Assembly (NCBI GenBank): GCA_963847185.1
Contig: CAWJYV010000004.1
Coordinates: 215,864 to 279,863 of the forward strand
Direction of reading: 5' to 3'
Origin: an uncultured Methanosarcinaceae archaeon
GTDB lineage: Archaea > Halobacteriota > Methanosarcinia > Methanosarcinales > Methanosarcinaceae
Length of the DNA: 64,000 bases
Shown piece by piece: positions 28,588-39,265 of the stretch. Each line of letters starts with the position of its first letter. The first letter of the stretch is position 1. A model generated the notes under the pieces. That model was given only the letters and a program-made list of their open reading frames with translations, searched no databases and had not been told where the DNA came from. The position numbers and the translations under genes were made by a program.

Positions 28588-29568
28588 GTGTATCAGACAA
28601 TACTTAAAAAGTTCACGTCATTATTTCCCCTCTGGGCAGTGCTGTTATCTGTAGTAGCATACCTTCGTCCTGAATACTTTGCCCCCCATCAGAACCTTAT
28701 TGTGCCCTTTTTAAGCCTGATAATGCTCGGAATGGGAATTACTCTCTCAGTAAATAGCTTCCTTGAAGTCTTCAAAAAGCCAATGGTAATTTTTCTGGGC
28801 ACTTTAATGCAGTACACAATCATGCCCCTGGCTGCCTGGATAGTCTGCCTGGTTCTGAAACTTCCTGCGGATATTGCTGCGGGTGTAATCCTGCTGGGCT
28901 GCTGTCCGGGAGGTACGGCTTCAAATGTGATCACCTATCTTGCAAAAGCAGATGTGGCACTTTCAATAGTACTTACATCAGTTTCCACGATGCTTGCCTT
29001 TCTGGCAACCCCATTCCTTACCTGGCTCTTTATAGGGCAGACTGTGGATGTGGATGTCACGGGCATGCTCGTGAGCGTGGTAAAGATCGTAATCGTGCCT
29101 GTAGTGCTTGGGCTTTTAATCAGTTATTTCTTTGAAAAACAGATAGGAGCAGTCAAAGAGGTTTTTCCGGCAATTTCAGCTGCCGCTATCGTAATTATCA
29201 TTGCCGTGATTATAGGCACCAATAGCGAAAACCTTGCACACAGTGGTCCTTTAGTTTTGCTGGCTGTGATCCTGCATAACGGCCTTGGTCTGGCAGGCGG
29301 CTACTGGGTTTCAAAAGCCCTGAAACTCAGTGAAACCGAAGCAAGAACCATTTCAATTGAGGTCGGAATGCAAAACTCTGGCCTTAGCGTCGCTCTTGCA
29401 ATAAAATATTTCACAGCTACAGCAGCTCTTCCGGGCGCTATCTTCAGCATATGGCATAACCTGTCCGGAGCCTTCCTTGCAGGACACTGGTCAAAACAAA
29501 ATATCTCAAATCCCGATGAAAGTGAGAGACCCAAAAAAATGGGCAACTATAGTAAGAAATTGGGGTGA
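28588..29568 (+). CDS. Bile acid:sodium symporter family transporter (PanS-like)
   Basis: MLGMG, QYTIMP, CCPGGTASN and EVGMQNSGL. Confidence 0.92.
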   Translation: MYQTILKKFTSLFPLWAVLLSVVAYLRPEYFAPHQNLIVPFLSLIMLGMGITLSVNSFLEVFKKPMVIFLGTLMQYTIMPLAAWIVCLVLKLPADIAAGVILLGCCPGGTASNVITYLAKADVALSIVLTSVSTMLAFLATPFLTWLFIGQTVDVDVTGMLVSVVKIVIVPVVLGLLISYFFEKQIGAVKEVFPAISAAAIVIIIAVIIGTNSENLAHSGPLVLLAVILHNGLGLAGGYWVSKALKLSETEARTISIEVGMQNSGLSVALAIKYFTATAALPGAIFSIWHNLSGAFLAGHWSKQNISNPDESERPKKMGNYSKKLG

Positions 29569-30134
29569 AGTCTGCAAAGATTTCACAAAAATAAACAGAG
29601 AATAAAAGAAGGAAAAAAGAAAAGAAATTAGGTTGGGATGAAGGATGATCCGGGAAAACCATAAAAGTTCCCGGGTTTTTCCTATACATATTATGTCTGT
29701 ATTCATTTAGTCCCCATTTTCACAGCCTTATATTTATATTTCTAATTTCATTTTCTATCAATCTTTCATTATTCTTTTTCTGCCAATCTTCCATGTTCTC
29801 TTTTTGCCAATTTTCATATTCTCTTTCTGCCTCTCCCTCATTATTTTACCATATTGGGCTCAAAGATTTCTAAGTAATGGGGTATACTGTCCAGAGAGCC
29901 CCTATTCTTTTTGTCTTTTTTGAGGGGTGACTGATCAATTTTGGTTTTTCAACGTAGAATCAAGTTCTTTGAACATTCTAGGATTGGATATCATCACAGC
30001 ACCCATTTTTAAATGCAGCTTATTCTCTGAAAAATGACACTCAATAGAGGCAGAAAAATCTGCTGACAGAAAAAAGCATTTTGAACATCAACTTGTTAGA
30101 AATATTTATACATCATCGGCAGCAATAAATCTCC

Positions 30135-31802
30135 ATGAAGAAGTACCTGGGAATTATTGTTGATTCTTTTACGCGGCGGCAATTCAAAGGCGAGATTACT
30201 GTTGAAAACGGGAAAATCATCAGTATTATAGAAAAGAAACATGATAATGAGCAGTATATCCTGCCCGGATTGGTGGATGCCCATGTACATATAGAAAGTT
30301 CTATGACCGTACCCTCGGTTTTTGCACGAATGGCTGTTGCAAAAGGCACGGTTGCGGTGATCAGTGACCCTCATGAGATTGCAAATGTTATGGGGGAAGA
30401 GGGCATTGATTACATGCTTGAAAATTCAAGAAAAGCCCCGCTTAAGGTCTTTTTTGGAGTACCTTCATGTGTGCCTGCCACACCTTTCGAATCCGCAGGA
30501 GCTGTGCTGGATGCAGAAGATGTTAACCGCTTGCTGGCAAGAGAGGATCTTTACTACCTTTCAGAGATGATGAACTTCCCAGGCGTGATTTTTGGATCCC
30601 CTGACGTTATGGCAAAACTGGAATCAGCTAAAAAGCACGGGAAGGTTATAGACGGTCATGCTCCTGGTTTAAAAGGAGACGACCTGCAGAAATATATTGC
30701 TGCAGGAATTTCCACAGACCACGAATCATTTACTTATGAAGAAGCTGTTGAGAAAATAAAGTCAGGAATGAAAATTCTTATCCGGGAAGGAAGCTCAGCC
30801 AGGAACTTTGAAACTCTGTACAGTCTGATAGACGAATATCCCGAATCAGTCATGCTCTGCACTGATGATTCCCATCCTGATACGCTAATATATGAAGGAC
30901 ATATTGATAAGCTAATAAGACGCGGACAGGAAAAAGGACTTGATATCTACAACCTTATCAGAGCAGCAGTGATAAATCCCGTAAAACATTACGGACTTGA
31001 TGTAGGAATGCTGCACGAAGGTGATCCTGCCGATTTCATCATTGTAGATGATCTTAAGTCCTTCAACGTGCTGAGCACTTTCATTGAAGGAAACTGCGTT
31101 TACGATAATGGAAATGTTCTTTTCCCGACTGAAAATATTTCTGCAAAAAATGTATTTAACAGAAGTAAAATTTCGATTGACGATATAAAGCTCACTCTGC
31201 CTTTTGAAAGGGAAAATAAGGAAAAGACCAGAGAGGGGATTAAAAAAGTCAGAGTGATAGTTGCTCAGGACGGAGAACTGGTTACAGGTCAGGAACTGGC
31301 TCTTCCAAAAATAGAAAACGGAAATCTGGTCTCAGATCCTGAAAGAGATATTTTAAAAATAGTTGTTCTTAGCAGGTACGCAGATGATCCTGTCCGGGTT
31401 GGTTTCATTAAAAACATAGGCCTGAAAAAAGGCGCGATGGCAAGCAGTATCGCCCACGACAGCCACAATATAATTGCAGTAGGAGCTACAGATAAAGATA
31501 TAGTTGTAGCTGTCAACCGTCTGGTGGAAAATAAAGGCGGAATCGTTGTAGGAACTGCAGAAAACCTGCTTGATCTTCCTCTCGAAGTTGCAGGCCTTAT
31601 GAGCATTCTTGATGGAAAAGAAGTAGCTTCCCGGTACCAGCTGCTGAACGCAGAAGCCCGGAAGCTTGGAACCTCGCTTGAATCTCCTTTTATGACTCTT
31701 GCATTTATGTCGCTTCTGGTAATACCTGAACTTAAATTGGGAGATAAGGGCCTGTTTGATGTGACAAAATTTAAATTTGTCGGACTTTTCGCAGACGAAT
31801 AA
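30135..31802 (+). CDS. ade: Adenine deaminase
   Basis: PGLVDAHVHIESS, DPHEIANV, EMMNFPG, DGHAP, IREGS, CTDD and SSIAHDSHN. Confidence 0.95.
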   Translation: MKKYLGIIVDSFTRRQFKGEITVENGKIISIIEKKHDNEQYILPGLVDAHVHIESSMTVPSVFARMAVAKGTVAVISDPHEIANVMGEEGIDYMLENSRKAPLKVFFGVPSCVPATPFESAGAVLDAEDVNRLLAREDLYYLSEMMNFPGVIFGSPDVMAKLESAKKHGKVIDGHAPGLKGDDLQKYIAAGISTDHESFTYEEAVEKIKSGMKILIREGSSARNFETLYSLIDEYPESVMLCTDDSHPDTLIYEGHIDKLIRRGQEKGLDIYNLIRAAVINPVKHYGLDVGMLHEGDPADFIIVDDLKSFNVLSTFIEGNCVYDNGNVLFPTENISAKNVFNRSKISIDDIKLTLPFERENKEKTREGIKKVRVIVAQDGELVTGQELALPKIENGNLVSDPERDILKIVVLSRYADDPVRVGFIKNIGLKKGAMASSIAHDSHNIIAVGATDKDIVVAVNRLVENKGGIVVGTAENLLDLPLEVAGLMSILDGKEVASRYQLLNAEARKLGTSLESPFMTLAFMSLLVIPELKLGDKGLFDVTKFKFVGLFADE

Positions 31803-31931
31803 GCCGAAAAATACCTGGCAGAGAGTTCCTCTGCCTTTTCAGTGGCATTAGGCTCTGGCACCAATGTGCTCTGCTTTCCTTTGTCTCTGTTATTACAATT
31901 TCCAGATTTAAAGGCGTATTTGAAATTCAAA

Positions 31932-34900
31932 TCACTGTGTAGCACTGAATTTTATAACAAATTCCGTTCCGTTATCTCTTTTTAATTCGATATTGCCGTC
32001 TAACTGATCTACCAGAAGGTCCACAAGCTGCAGACCGAGTGTATCTGAACTTTCAAAGTTAATTTTTTTGGGAATTCCAACTCCATTATCTGAGACTATG
32101 AGGGTATATTTCTTACAATTATGGGTAAGTTGTTCTTTTTTATTTAGCTCATTTCTAGTCTCTTCGCTGAAGAGTTTAATCTGGATTTCTCCAGTTTTCC
32201 TGCCTGAAAATGCATATTTAAGAGAATTAGAAACAAGTTCATTAACAATCATCCCTAATGGAACCGCAGTATCCATGTTGAAAAAAATATTCTCTTCAAG
32301 ACCCAGATTTAGGCAGATCTCAGTATTTCCAAATCTGTATGTCTGAAATAGATTCTGAAGAAGTCTCTGCAGATACAGTGAAAAGTTAAGTGCATCATTC
32401 CCCCTGCCTTCGTGCAATTCCTCATGGATAAAAGCAATCGACATTATTCTGTCCTGGCTTTCTCTCAAGGCTTCGATAATTTCCGAATCCTTCACATACT
32501 CTCTGTTATTGAACTTTTCAGCCTGAAGATCTAAGAGAGAAGAGATAACCTGCAGGTTATTTTTTATTCTATGATGGATTTCCTTTTTACGGATGATTTC
32601 AATGTTTGCCAGAGCGTATTCAGTTTTTTTACGTTCAGTAATATCCTGAGTTATTCCCTTCACTCTAATAGGGACATTCTGCTCATCAAAAACAATTTCG
32701 CTCTTTGCATAAACTATACGTTCTTCCCCATTTGCTAAAATCATCCTATAATCGATGCCACCATATGGTTTTCCTTCTAAAAGTGCCTTAATTGCATTAG
32801 CCACATAGTCTCTATCGTCCGGGTGTACATAATCAAAAAGTTCCTTATAAGTTGCACCTGGTTCTTGAGGATTACGTCCATAAATACGATATAGCTCATC
32901 AGACCAATATGCTTTATCAGTTGCAATGTCCCATTCCCAGTTTCCAATGTGAGCCATCTTTTGAGCTTCAGAAAGACTTTTTTCACTTTCCTTCAACGAG
33001 TTGTAAGCTTTCTCAAGCTCTGCTGTACGCTCTTCAACTAATTTTTCTAAATTTTCATGTGCTTTTTTCAGAGCTTCTTCGGCTTTTTTGCGCTTAGAGA
33101 TATCTCTTATAATCAGACTCGTATTTATACTGCCATCGGCATCTACAAAGAGTTTAGAGGTGGTATCGCAGACGAAAGTTGACCCATTTTTTCTTCTGTA
33201 TCTCAGTTCAGCCCTCATCCGACCGGTCAGCTTTCTTTCCTCAAGTGCAGCCGCAAGCTTCTCATCGTTGATTACTATACCTTCTCTTCCCGCCTTTATA
33301 ATTTCATCTTCAGTCATGCCAAACATTTGACACGCTTGAGGGTTTGCACAGAGAATAGTGCCGTCGGGCCTTGTTAGAAAAATTCCGTCGAGGCTGTTTT
33401 CATACAGAGATCGGTAGCGCTCCTCGCTCACCTGGAGTGCCTCTTCAGCCTGCTCCCGCTTCTGTTCTGCCTTTTTCCTTTGCAGAACCTGCACCACTGC
33501 AGGTGCGATTGCTTCAAGATCCTCCTGCTGTTCGCAGCTATAGCCACTCTCACGGTTTGCTACCGCAATCAAGCCGATCGTTTTTCCGTCTAAGATAAGA
33601 GGCACGCCAAGAAAAGATGTGATCGGCGGATGCCCATGTGGCAACCCGATGCTATCAGGATGGGACATTGGATCGTTGGTAAAGAAGCTTTTCTCGTTGA
33701 TTATGACACTGCCATACAAACCATGGACAACATAATCGCTCGGAAGACGAATATGCCCGGTTTTATCGTACATAAGGCACTGTTCCCATGCCAGCTTGCT
33801 TTTTGCAACATCGTGCAGTAACCCGTCAGCGCCCATTTCAATAATGAAACCAAACTGGCTGCCAGTAATTTCCAGAGCTACAGATAAACATGCTTCCCCC
33901 AGTTCTTCTTCTGTTTTTGCCTGCACCACATTGCTGAAGATCCGATTGATTCCCTTAAGAATACTGTTGTATCTGCGAACCCGGTGCTCTTCTTGTTTGC
34001 GTTCGGTTATATCCTGCGTTATGCCAAAGCCGCCGATCACAGATCCGTCTTTGTCAAATTCATGATACGCTTTTTCACGCACCCATTTGATCTTACCGTC
34101 TGCGATAATGCGATGTTCCATATCGTATGGTTTTCCAATCATCCCTGCCTTCGATTCATTATCAACATATTCCCTGTCATCCGGATGAACCTTTGAAAGA
34201 AAAGTCTCATAGGTCAAAGGGGTGTCTTTTGGGACACCGAATATACGGTAATTTTCATCGGACCATTTTATTTCATTTTTGCACACATCCATATGCCAGC
34301 TTCCGATATTCCCCACTGATTGGGCGCGGTCTAAATCTTCCCTGTTCTTCTGCAGCTCGCCCACCAGAGCATTGCGTTCCTCCAGCGAGTGGGCCAGCTT
34401 GATATTGCTGTAACTTAGCTGTGAAAGCATGTTGGCAAATGTCATAAAGAAGCCCATGCCTGTGTTCACAGCTTTCCTGCTCAACCTTGGAACTTTTTCA
34501 AGCGCTGCTATGTATTCCTCTTCATTGAAGCCATATTGTCTGGCCTGGGATCTGAAAAGCTCATAGTCCAGAGTGTCGTCCTCAAAAAAGAACTGCCCTC
34601 CGAAGACATAGCCGACATGCTGGTCACCCACCATGATGGGAGTCACTACGTCCCACATGTTGTTCTTGCACTTGTACAGCTTAAACTCTCCAGGGGTAAC
34701 GCCCGAGGATAGCTTTATGTCGCTTTCTACGCAGTGCTTGGAGGCTTCTGGATGAACTCTATGAAATCTGGCGCAAATATCCTGCCATCCCACACTTACC
34801 AAAACATTTCCTTTGAGATCGTTTATACCTATAGGAATATGAGTAAGTTTATAGAAATTGTCCATTAGAGGCTGGATAGCCTGGACATCAATTATCTCGG

Positions 34901-35036
34901 AAAGCTCCAAGTTGTCCATCTTTTGAGAAGATGAGAGATCATTTTCCAACTTCAGCCTGAAACACTGCTCGCTATGGCCTGATACTTCTCCTGCTTGCTT
35001 TCGCTCGGTATCAGATTTCCTCAGTTTTTCTTCCAT
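31932..35036 (-). CDS. Sensor histidine kinase, PocR-PAS-GAF-PAS-PAS-HisKA_2-HATPase
   Basis: PocR motifs WQDICARFHR...C and YKCKNNMWD, PAS/PAC repeats ending DITERK, GAF motif FLGVPL, H-box EIHHRIKNNLQ, NELVSN and DNGVG. Confidence 0.92.
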   Translation of the reverse strand: MEEKLRKSDTERKQAGEVSGHSEQCFRLKLENDLSSSQKMDNLELSEIIDVQAIQPLMDNFYKLTHIPIGINDLKGNVLVSVGWQDICARFHRVHPEASKHCVESDIKLSSGVTPGEFKLYKCKNNMWDVVTPIMVGDQHVGYVFGGQFFFEDDTLDYELFRSQARQYGFNEEEYIAALEKVPRLSRKAVNTGMGFFMTFANMLSQLSYSNIKLAHSLEERNALVGELQKNREDLDRAQSVGNIGSWHMDVCKNEIKWSDENYRIFGVPKDTPLTYETFLSKVHPDDREYVDNESKAGMIGKPYDMEHRIIADGKIKWVREKAYHEFDKDGSVIGGFGITQDITERKQEEHRVRRYNSILKGINRIFSNVVQAKTEEELGEACLSVALEITGSQFGFIIEMGADGLLHDVAKSKLAWEQCLMYDKTGHIRLPSDYVVHGLYGSVIINEKSFFTNDPMSHPDSIGLPHGHPPITSFLGVPLILDGKTIGLIAVANRESGYSCEQQEDLEAIAPAVVQVLQRKKAEQKREQAEEALQVSEERYRSLYENSLDGIFLTRPDGTILCANPQACQMFGMTEDEIIKAGREGIVINDEKLAAALEERKLTGRMRAELRYRRKNGSTFVCDTTSKLFVDADGSINTSLIIRDISKRKKAEEALKKAHENLEKLVEERTAELEKAYNSLKESEKSLSEAQKMAHIGNWEWDIATDKAYWSDELYRIYGRNPQEPGATYKELFDYVHPDDRDYVANAIKALLEGKPYGGIDYRMILANGEERIVYAKSEIVFDEQNVPIRVKGITQDITERKKTEYALANIEIIRKKEIHHRIKNNLQVISSLLDLQAEKFNNREYVKDSEIIEALRESQDRIMSIAFIHEELHEGRGNDALNFSLYLQRLLQNLFQTYRFGNTEICLNLGLEENIFFNMDTAVPLGMIVNELVSNSLKYAFSGRKTGEIQIKLFSEETRNELNKKEQLTHNCKKYTLIVSDNGVGIPKKINFESSDTLGLQLVDLLVDQLDGNIELKRDNGTEFVIKFSATQ

Positions 35037-35550
35037 TCAGAACCTTCTCCCACCAAAAAGAATTCATCTTGTTTGTCGCTTCAACAGAGGCTAGATCCAA
35101 TTACTAATATCTATGTCCTGATCGAATTCTATCTTGCTGGCAATGCCAATTATTATGTGGTCATAATTATAAACATTTCTTTATAATATCCGCAGATAGT
35201 ATGAGGAGCGTTTGAAAGAAGTAGTATATATTATTGAGGATTATGCGACAATTTATCTGACAAACTTTCTCGGTTCAGGATCTTCTTCATGAGTGAATCT
35301 GCAGGATACTTAGGATCAAGAGGGCAATTGTTAACACTACAGCTTGAAAATCGATAACATTTTTTAAAAAGAGATGTCATTTATTGCCACCGTCTTTACG
35401 GGCATTTAAATCTAAAATTCTGAAAAAAAGTACACATTTTGAGAGTATGTTCCACTATCAGGAATAGAGTATACAAATGAATGTCTAAGGTTTGTCTGGG
35501 GAAATATTTTGCATGGCCAAAAAAATACGTCTAATGCATCTTATTCTTTT

Positions 35551-36132
35551 TCAGCCTTGTTTGTCCTTCTCGATGACTTTCAAAACATCAACATTTGAAG
35601 CTGTCTGAATCAAAAAGAACTGCTTGCTAACAGATGCAGTGGCCTTTGATGCTGTTTCCATGCAAAGCATAAGGATTCTTACTGCATCCTGAAAGGTGCT
35701 TTTCTTTGTCCAGTTGTCCTTAAAACATTTATTGGCTACCTGCTTTGTAAAATCGTTTCCAAAGACGATGAACTTACTTCCCTTTGCATGGGAAGTTAAG
35801 GTTATTTCATTATTTATTATTTCTGAAATCGCATAATTTCCGGCTGAGGCATAAAGCCTTCTTTTTTTAGAGATTCCGCCTTCAACTGAGGATACTTCTC
35901 CTATCAGGATGCTATTTCTCTCGGAAATCTTGTTCTTGCAGTCCGAAACAGTTATTTTAACTCCACATTCTTCTGCCGTTTTTGTAAGTTCATCATCTGT
36001 GACGATTGCACCGCTGTAAAGCTCTTTTTCGAGTTTCTCCCTTTGAATTTTATCTCCTTCAAAAGTTATTTCTCGCATATCTCCGGCCATTACTGCGCCG
36101 TTTTTCCCGATAAAAGCGATAACAAGGCTCAT
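35551..36132 (-). CDS. Connectase (DUF2121/MJ0548 family, proteasome-beta-related Ntn protein ligase)
   Basis: M-S-LVIAFIGKNGAVMAGDMREITFEG, LEKELYSG, KRRLYAS and TASVSK match the Methanosarcina connectase as I recall it. Removal of Met exposes an N-terminal Ser nucleophile. Confidence 0.9.
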   Translation of the reverse strand: MSLVIAFIGKNGAVMAGDMREITFEGDKIQREKLEKELYSGAIVTDDELTKTAEECGVKITVSDCKNKISERNSILIGEVSSVEGGISKKRRLYASAGNYAISEIINNEITLTSHAKGSKFIVFGNDFTKQVANKCFKDNWTKKSTFQDAVRILMLCMETASKATASVSKQFFLIQTASNVDVLKVIEKDKQG

Positions 36133-36380
36133 TTTTCATGTTTCCTTTTTGATAATTTCTTGTTCATCCATGGATTTTAAGAATTTTTATTTTCCGTACT
36201 TTATTTGAGATTCAGATAATATCTTGAACTTTTTAAATCAGCCAGTGAACATTACTTAGAGGGTTGAACCTGCATGTAATAAATACCTATCAATTAAATT
36301 CGGAATGAATTCTGCAACGGTTATATTTGTGTGTTCTATAAATATTAATTATATATAACGAGAGATTCTACTATAAAACA

Positions 36381-36896
36381 ATGAGAAAAGGGGAAAAACT
36401 TGACAGAATAAAGCTTTCGCCTGAAGAATACAAACAACTTCTGAATGCCGAAAAGAAATACAAAAGTGCAAAGGTTTACAGAAGAATTCAGGCATTTAAA
36501 ATGCTTCACAACGGACATCTGAATAAAGAAGTTGCCGAATTTTTTTCAGTGGATATAAACACAATTTCTGATTGGATATCTATTTATCGAGATGGAGGAG
36601 TCGAGGCTCTGTTTAGTTTTGACTATAAAGGCAGGCCTCAAAAGTTAAACGATGACCAGATCTCACAGCTGAGAAATGAAGCGAATATGGGTTCATTTTC
36701 AACCTCGAAAGATATCAGGCAGTACATAATGAATAATTATGGGATGGAATTCAGGGAGGATTATATCCCAAAGCTGGCAAACAAAATTGGATTATCCTAT
36801 AAAAAAGCAAAGTCTGTTGCAGGAAAAACGACGGAAGGAAAAGTACAAAAAAATGATAGAAAAAACAAATGGGTATATCTACCAGAAAAACACTAA
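36381..36896 (+). mobile_element. IS630-family transposase N-terminal HTH region lacking the DDE domain (remnant or domesticated)
   Basis: RRIQAFKML...EVAEFFSVDINTISDWISIYRDGGVEAL...GRPQKL...IGLSYKK is typical of IS630 N-termini. The ORF stops there, with no DDE frame downstream and no terminal inverted repeats recognised. Confidence 0.7.
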
Positions 36897-36990
36897 AATA
36901 TTTTTATCCAATGCTTTTTTGAAGTTGATCTCTTTTTGATCCTCCTCAATTAAGAGGAAAACCGCTTCTATCAGGATTCTGAGTTTATTA

Positions 36991-37065
36991 AATTCTCAGT
37001 TGATTAATCCTCGGTTGATTAATCCTCAGTTAAGGAATTCTCAGTTAATTAATCCTCAATTCATA
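36991..37065. repeat. 15-bp tandem repeat, 5 units
   Basis: AATTCTCAGTTGATT / AATCCTCGGTTGATT / AATCCTCAGTTAAGG / AATTCTCAGTTAATT / AATCCTCAATTCATA. Confidence 0.85.
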
Positions 37066-37191
37066 TTGATTTCTAAATTACCTGTGATTTTGAAGAACAT
37101 ATTACTTTTATTTTGACATTGTTACTTTTTCCGCTTATGTCTAAATTCATTTTCAGAAGGAGTCCTTAAATATTAGCTTATGTTATTTATA

Positions 37192-37208
37192 TCTAACATA
37201 ATGTTGGA
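37192..37208. promoter_or_regulatory. Candidate operator (imperfect inverted repeat) upstream of the membrane-protein/XRE operon
   Basis: TCTAACAT-A-ATGTTGGA (1 mismatch), with a related site TCCAATAATATGTTATA immediately downstream. Confidence 0.4.
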
Positions 37209-37368
37209 AATATCCAATAATATGTTATAAATAATGAACAGATTCTCAGGAATATTCAATAAAAAATCTTCAGCAAAACAGATCCAATATAAATAAATTA
37301 TTGAAGGGATAGAAATAGAAAACATAAAAAAGGAATACAAATACAAGCTTGCTCTGGGAATAGTCGTT

Positions 37369-37710
37369 ATGCTTGCCGGAATATTATCGGCAGTTTTTTT
37401 TAAAGTCGATACATCGATCCCGATTTTTTTGATAACCATGGGACTTGTGATGTTTGTTATCACAGCTTTCAGACTCTTCAAAAATGGCGATCTTCCTGAT
37501 AGGGACGAAAGGACAAAGAAGCTTGCAGCATACGGAATTACCTATTCCTGGCTCCTGACACTTGTGCTGATTATGGTGCTTTACTGGATTGAATTCTTCG
37601 GACTGGCTGAACTTACAGCTGGAGCGATTTTGAGTATACTGCTTTTCTTTATGATTATCTCGGCAAATGTCTTCAGGTGGTATTTCATGCAAAAAGGGGA
37701 CGTTGAATAA
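37369..37710 (+). CDS. Small membrane protein (DUF2178-like, DERT motif)
   Basis: About 4 TM helices and RDERTKKL. The frame is open upstream to ~37297 without an ATG, so the real start may be non-canonical or mutated. Confidence 0.7.
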   Translation: MLAGILSAVFFKVDTSIPIFLITMGLVMFVITAFRLFKNGDLPDRDERTKKLAAYGITYSWLLTLVLIMVLYWIEFFGLAELTAGAILSILLFFMIISANVFRWYFMQKGDVE

Positions 37711-37730
37711 GAACTTCCGGAGGATTGAGG

Positions 37731-37937
37731 GTGAAAACAAAGATCAAGGAGCTTCGAGCAAGGCATGACCTTACCCAGGAAGCCCTTGCAAATATGGTAG
37801 GGGTAAGAAGAGAAACGATCGTTTTTCTTGAGAAAGGAAAGTATAATCCTTCTCTCAAGCTTGCATACAAAATCGCCAGATATCTGGATACAACAATTGA
37901 TGAACTGTTCATCTTTGAAGATTCGGACCTTGAATAA
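37731..37937 (+). CDS. XRE/Cro-family HTH transcriptional regulator
   Basis: [41 protein letters not shown]; GGAGG precedes the GTG. Confidence 0.92.
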   Translation: MKTKIKELRARHDLTQEALANMVGVRRETIVFLEKGKYNPSLKLAYKIARYLDTTIDELFIFEDSDLE

Positions 37938-38412
37938 ATCCGCAAACACTTAGATTATATCCTTAAAAACTTGCAACAGCTATTGGCATATATAACTCTT
38001 CTGTCCAATACCTCGAACAATCGAAGGTAAGAGGATAATTGGGGACCTAAAAAGAGTATGAAAATAGTAAGCTTGAGAATTTTCAGAAAAACTCATAAAG
38101 AGTTGATTTAAAGTAACTTATTGAATAAATTACCCTGGATAGTCTATTAAATCGCATCTATCAGGATATGAGAAAATATTAGACCTTAAAAAGTTGTATT
38201 TTCCCGCTGGATAAATTGAGAGGAAGAGATTGCGTGATTTAAATAGAAATTCTGGAACATACTACGAAATATTGTAACTTGATGCTGTATAATATTTATT
38301 TTATTAATAACTGAATTTTATGGAAGAATTTAATTTCTAAAAAGAGAATAATAAATTAAAGATATTATTTACTGTTAACCATATTTCAATAGTAATTCAT
38401 TCAGGAGACAAC

Positions 38413-39126
38413 ATGGAAAATACACTTATTGCTTTTCATAATGTCTGGAAAACTTATCAGATGGGAGAAGTCCAGGTTAATGCTCTGAAAAATGTAAATG
38501 TAAGACTTGGGAAAAGAGAATTTGCCGCTATAATTGGTCCTTCGGGAAGCGGGAAATCAACAATGATGAACCTTCTTGGTTGCCTGGATATCCCTTCAAA
38601 AGGTGAAATTTTCCTGAAAGGCCGAAATATAGCTCTCCTTGAAGAATCGGATCTGGCAACTTTTAGAGGCAAAACCATAGGGTTCGTTTTCCAGCAGTAT
38701 AACCTGATCCCTGGAATGACGGCTCTCGAAAATGTGCTCTTGCCCCTGGAAATTCAGGAGATTGATGACACTATTGCGGAAAAAAGGGCAAAAGAGCTGC
38801 TGACCATTGTAGGGCTTTCCGACAAAATGCAGAATAAACCTTCTCAGCTCTCTGGGGGTCAGCAACAAAGAGTCTCGATTGCGCGATCTCTTGCCTGTGA
38901 TCCTGAAATAATCCTTGCAGATGAGCCCACAGGAGCGCTCGATAGCGTCACTGGTAAAGAAGTTATAGGAATACTCTACAGGCTCTGGAAGGAAAAAGGC
39001 AAAACAGTGGTTATGGTTACCCATGACCTTCACCTTGCAGGTTATGCCAGAAGGCATATCCATCTGAAAGATGGGGAAATTATCAGCGATGAGCCGAATA
39101 AAGAACAATTTGAGCCTGAAGCTTGA
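38413..39126 (+). CDS. ABC transporter ATP-binding protein (MacB/LolD/SalX type)
   Basis: Walker A GPSGSGKS, signature LSGGQQQRV, ILADEPTG and VTHD. Confidence 0.95.
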   Translation: MENTLIAFHNVWKTYQMGEVQVNALKNVNVRLGKREFAAIIGPSGSGKSTMMNLLGCLDIPSKGEIFLKGRNIALLEESDLATFRGKTIGFVFQQYNLIPGMTALENVLLPLEIQEIDDTIAEKRAKELLTIVGLSDKMQNKPSQLSGGQQQRVSIARSLACDPEIILADEPTGALDSVTGKEVIGILYRLWKEKGKTVVMVTHDLHLAGYARRHIHLKDGEIISDEPNKEQFEPEA

Positions 39127-39265
39127 TTTTGAGAATCAGGATCAAATTCAGGTAAAATGTATAAAAGAACTCGGATAAGTTTTCGAAATTTACCTTGGAT
39201 AAGAGTTCTTCCGGAAAGGAATATGTGAAAAAAATAATTGGATTAAGAAATTGAGGAATCTAAAA

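Noticed and set aside
36739-36939. Programmed frameshift continuing the IS630 HTH into a DDE domain
   Set aside because: The alternative frames close within about 45 bp of the ORF end and contain no DDE-like motif.
36991-37065. Tandem arrays here and at 10319, 43006 and 57626 as CRISPR arrays
   Set aside because: Units are directly adjacent without unique spacers, copy numbers are low and there are no cas genes.
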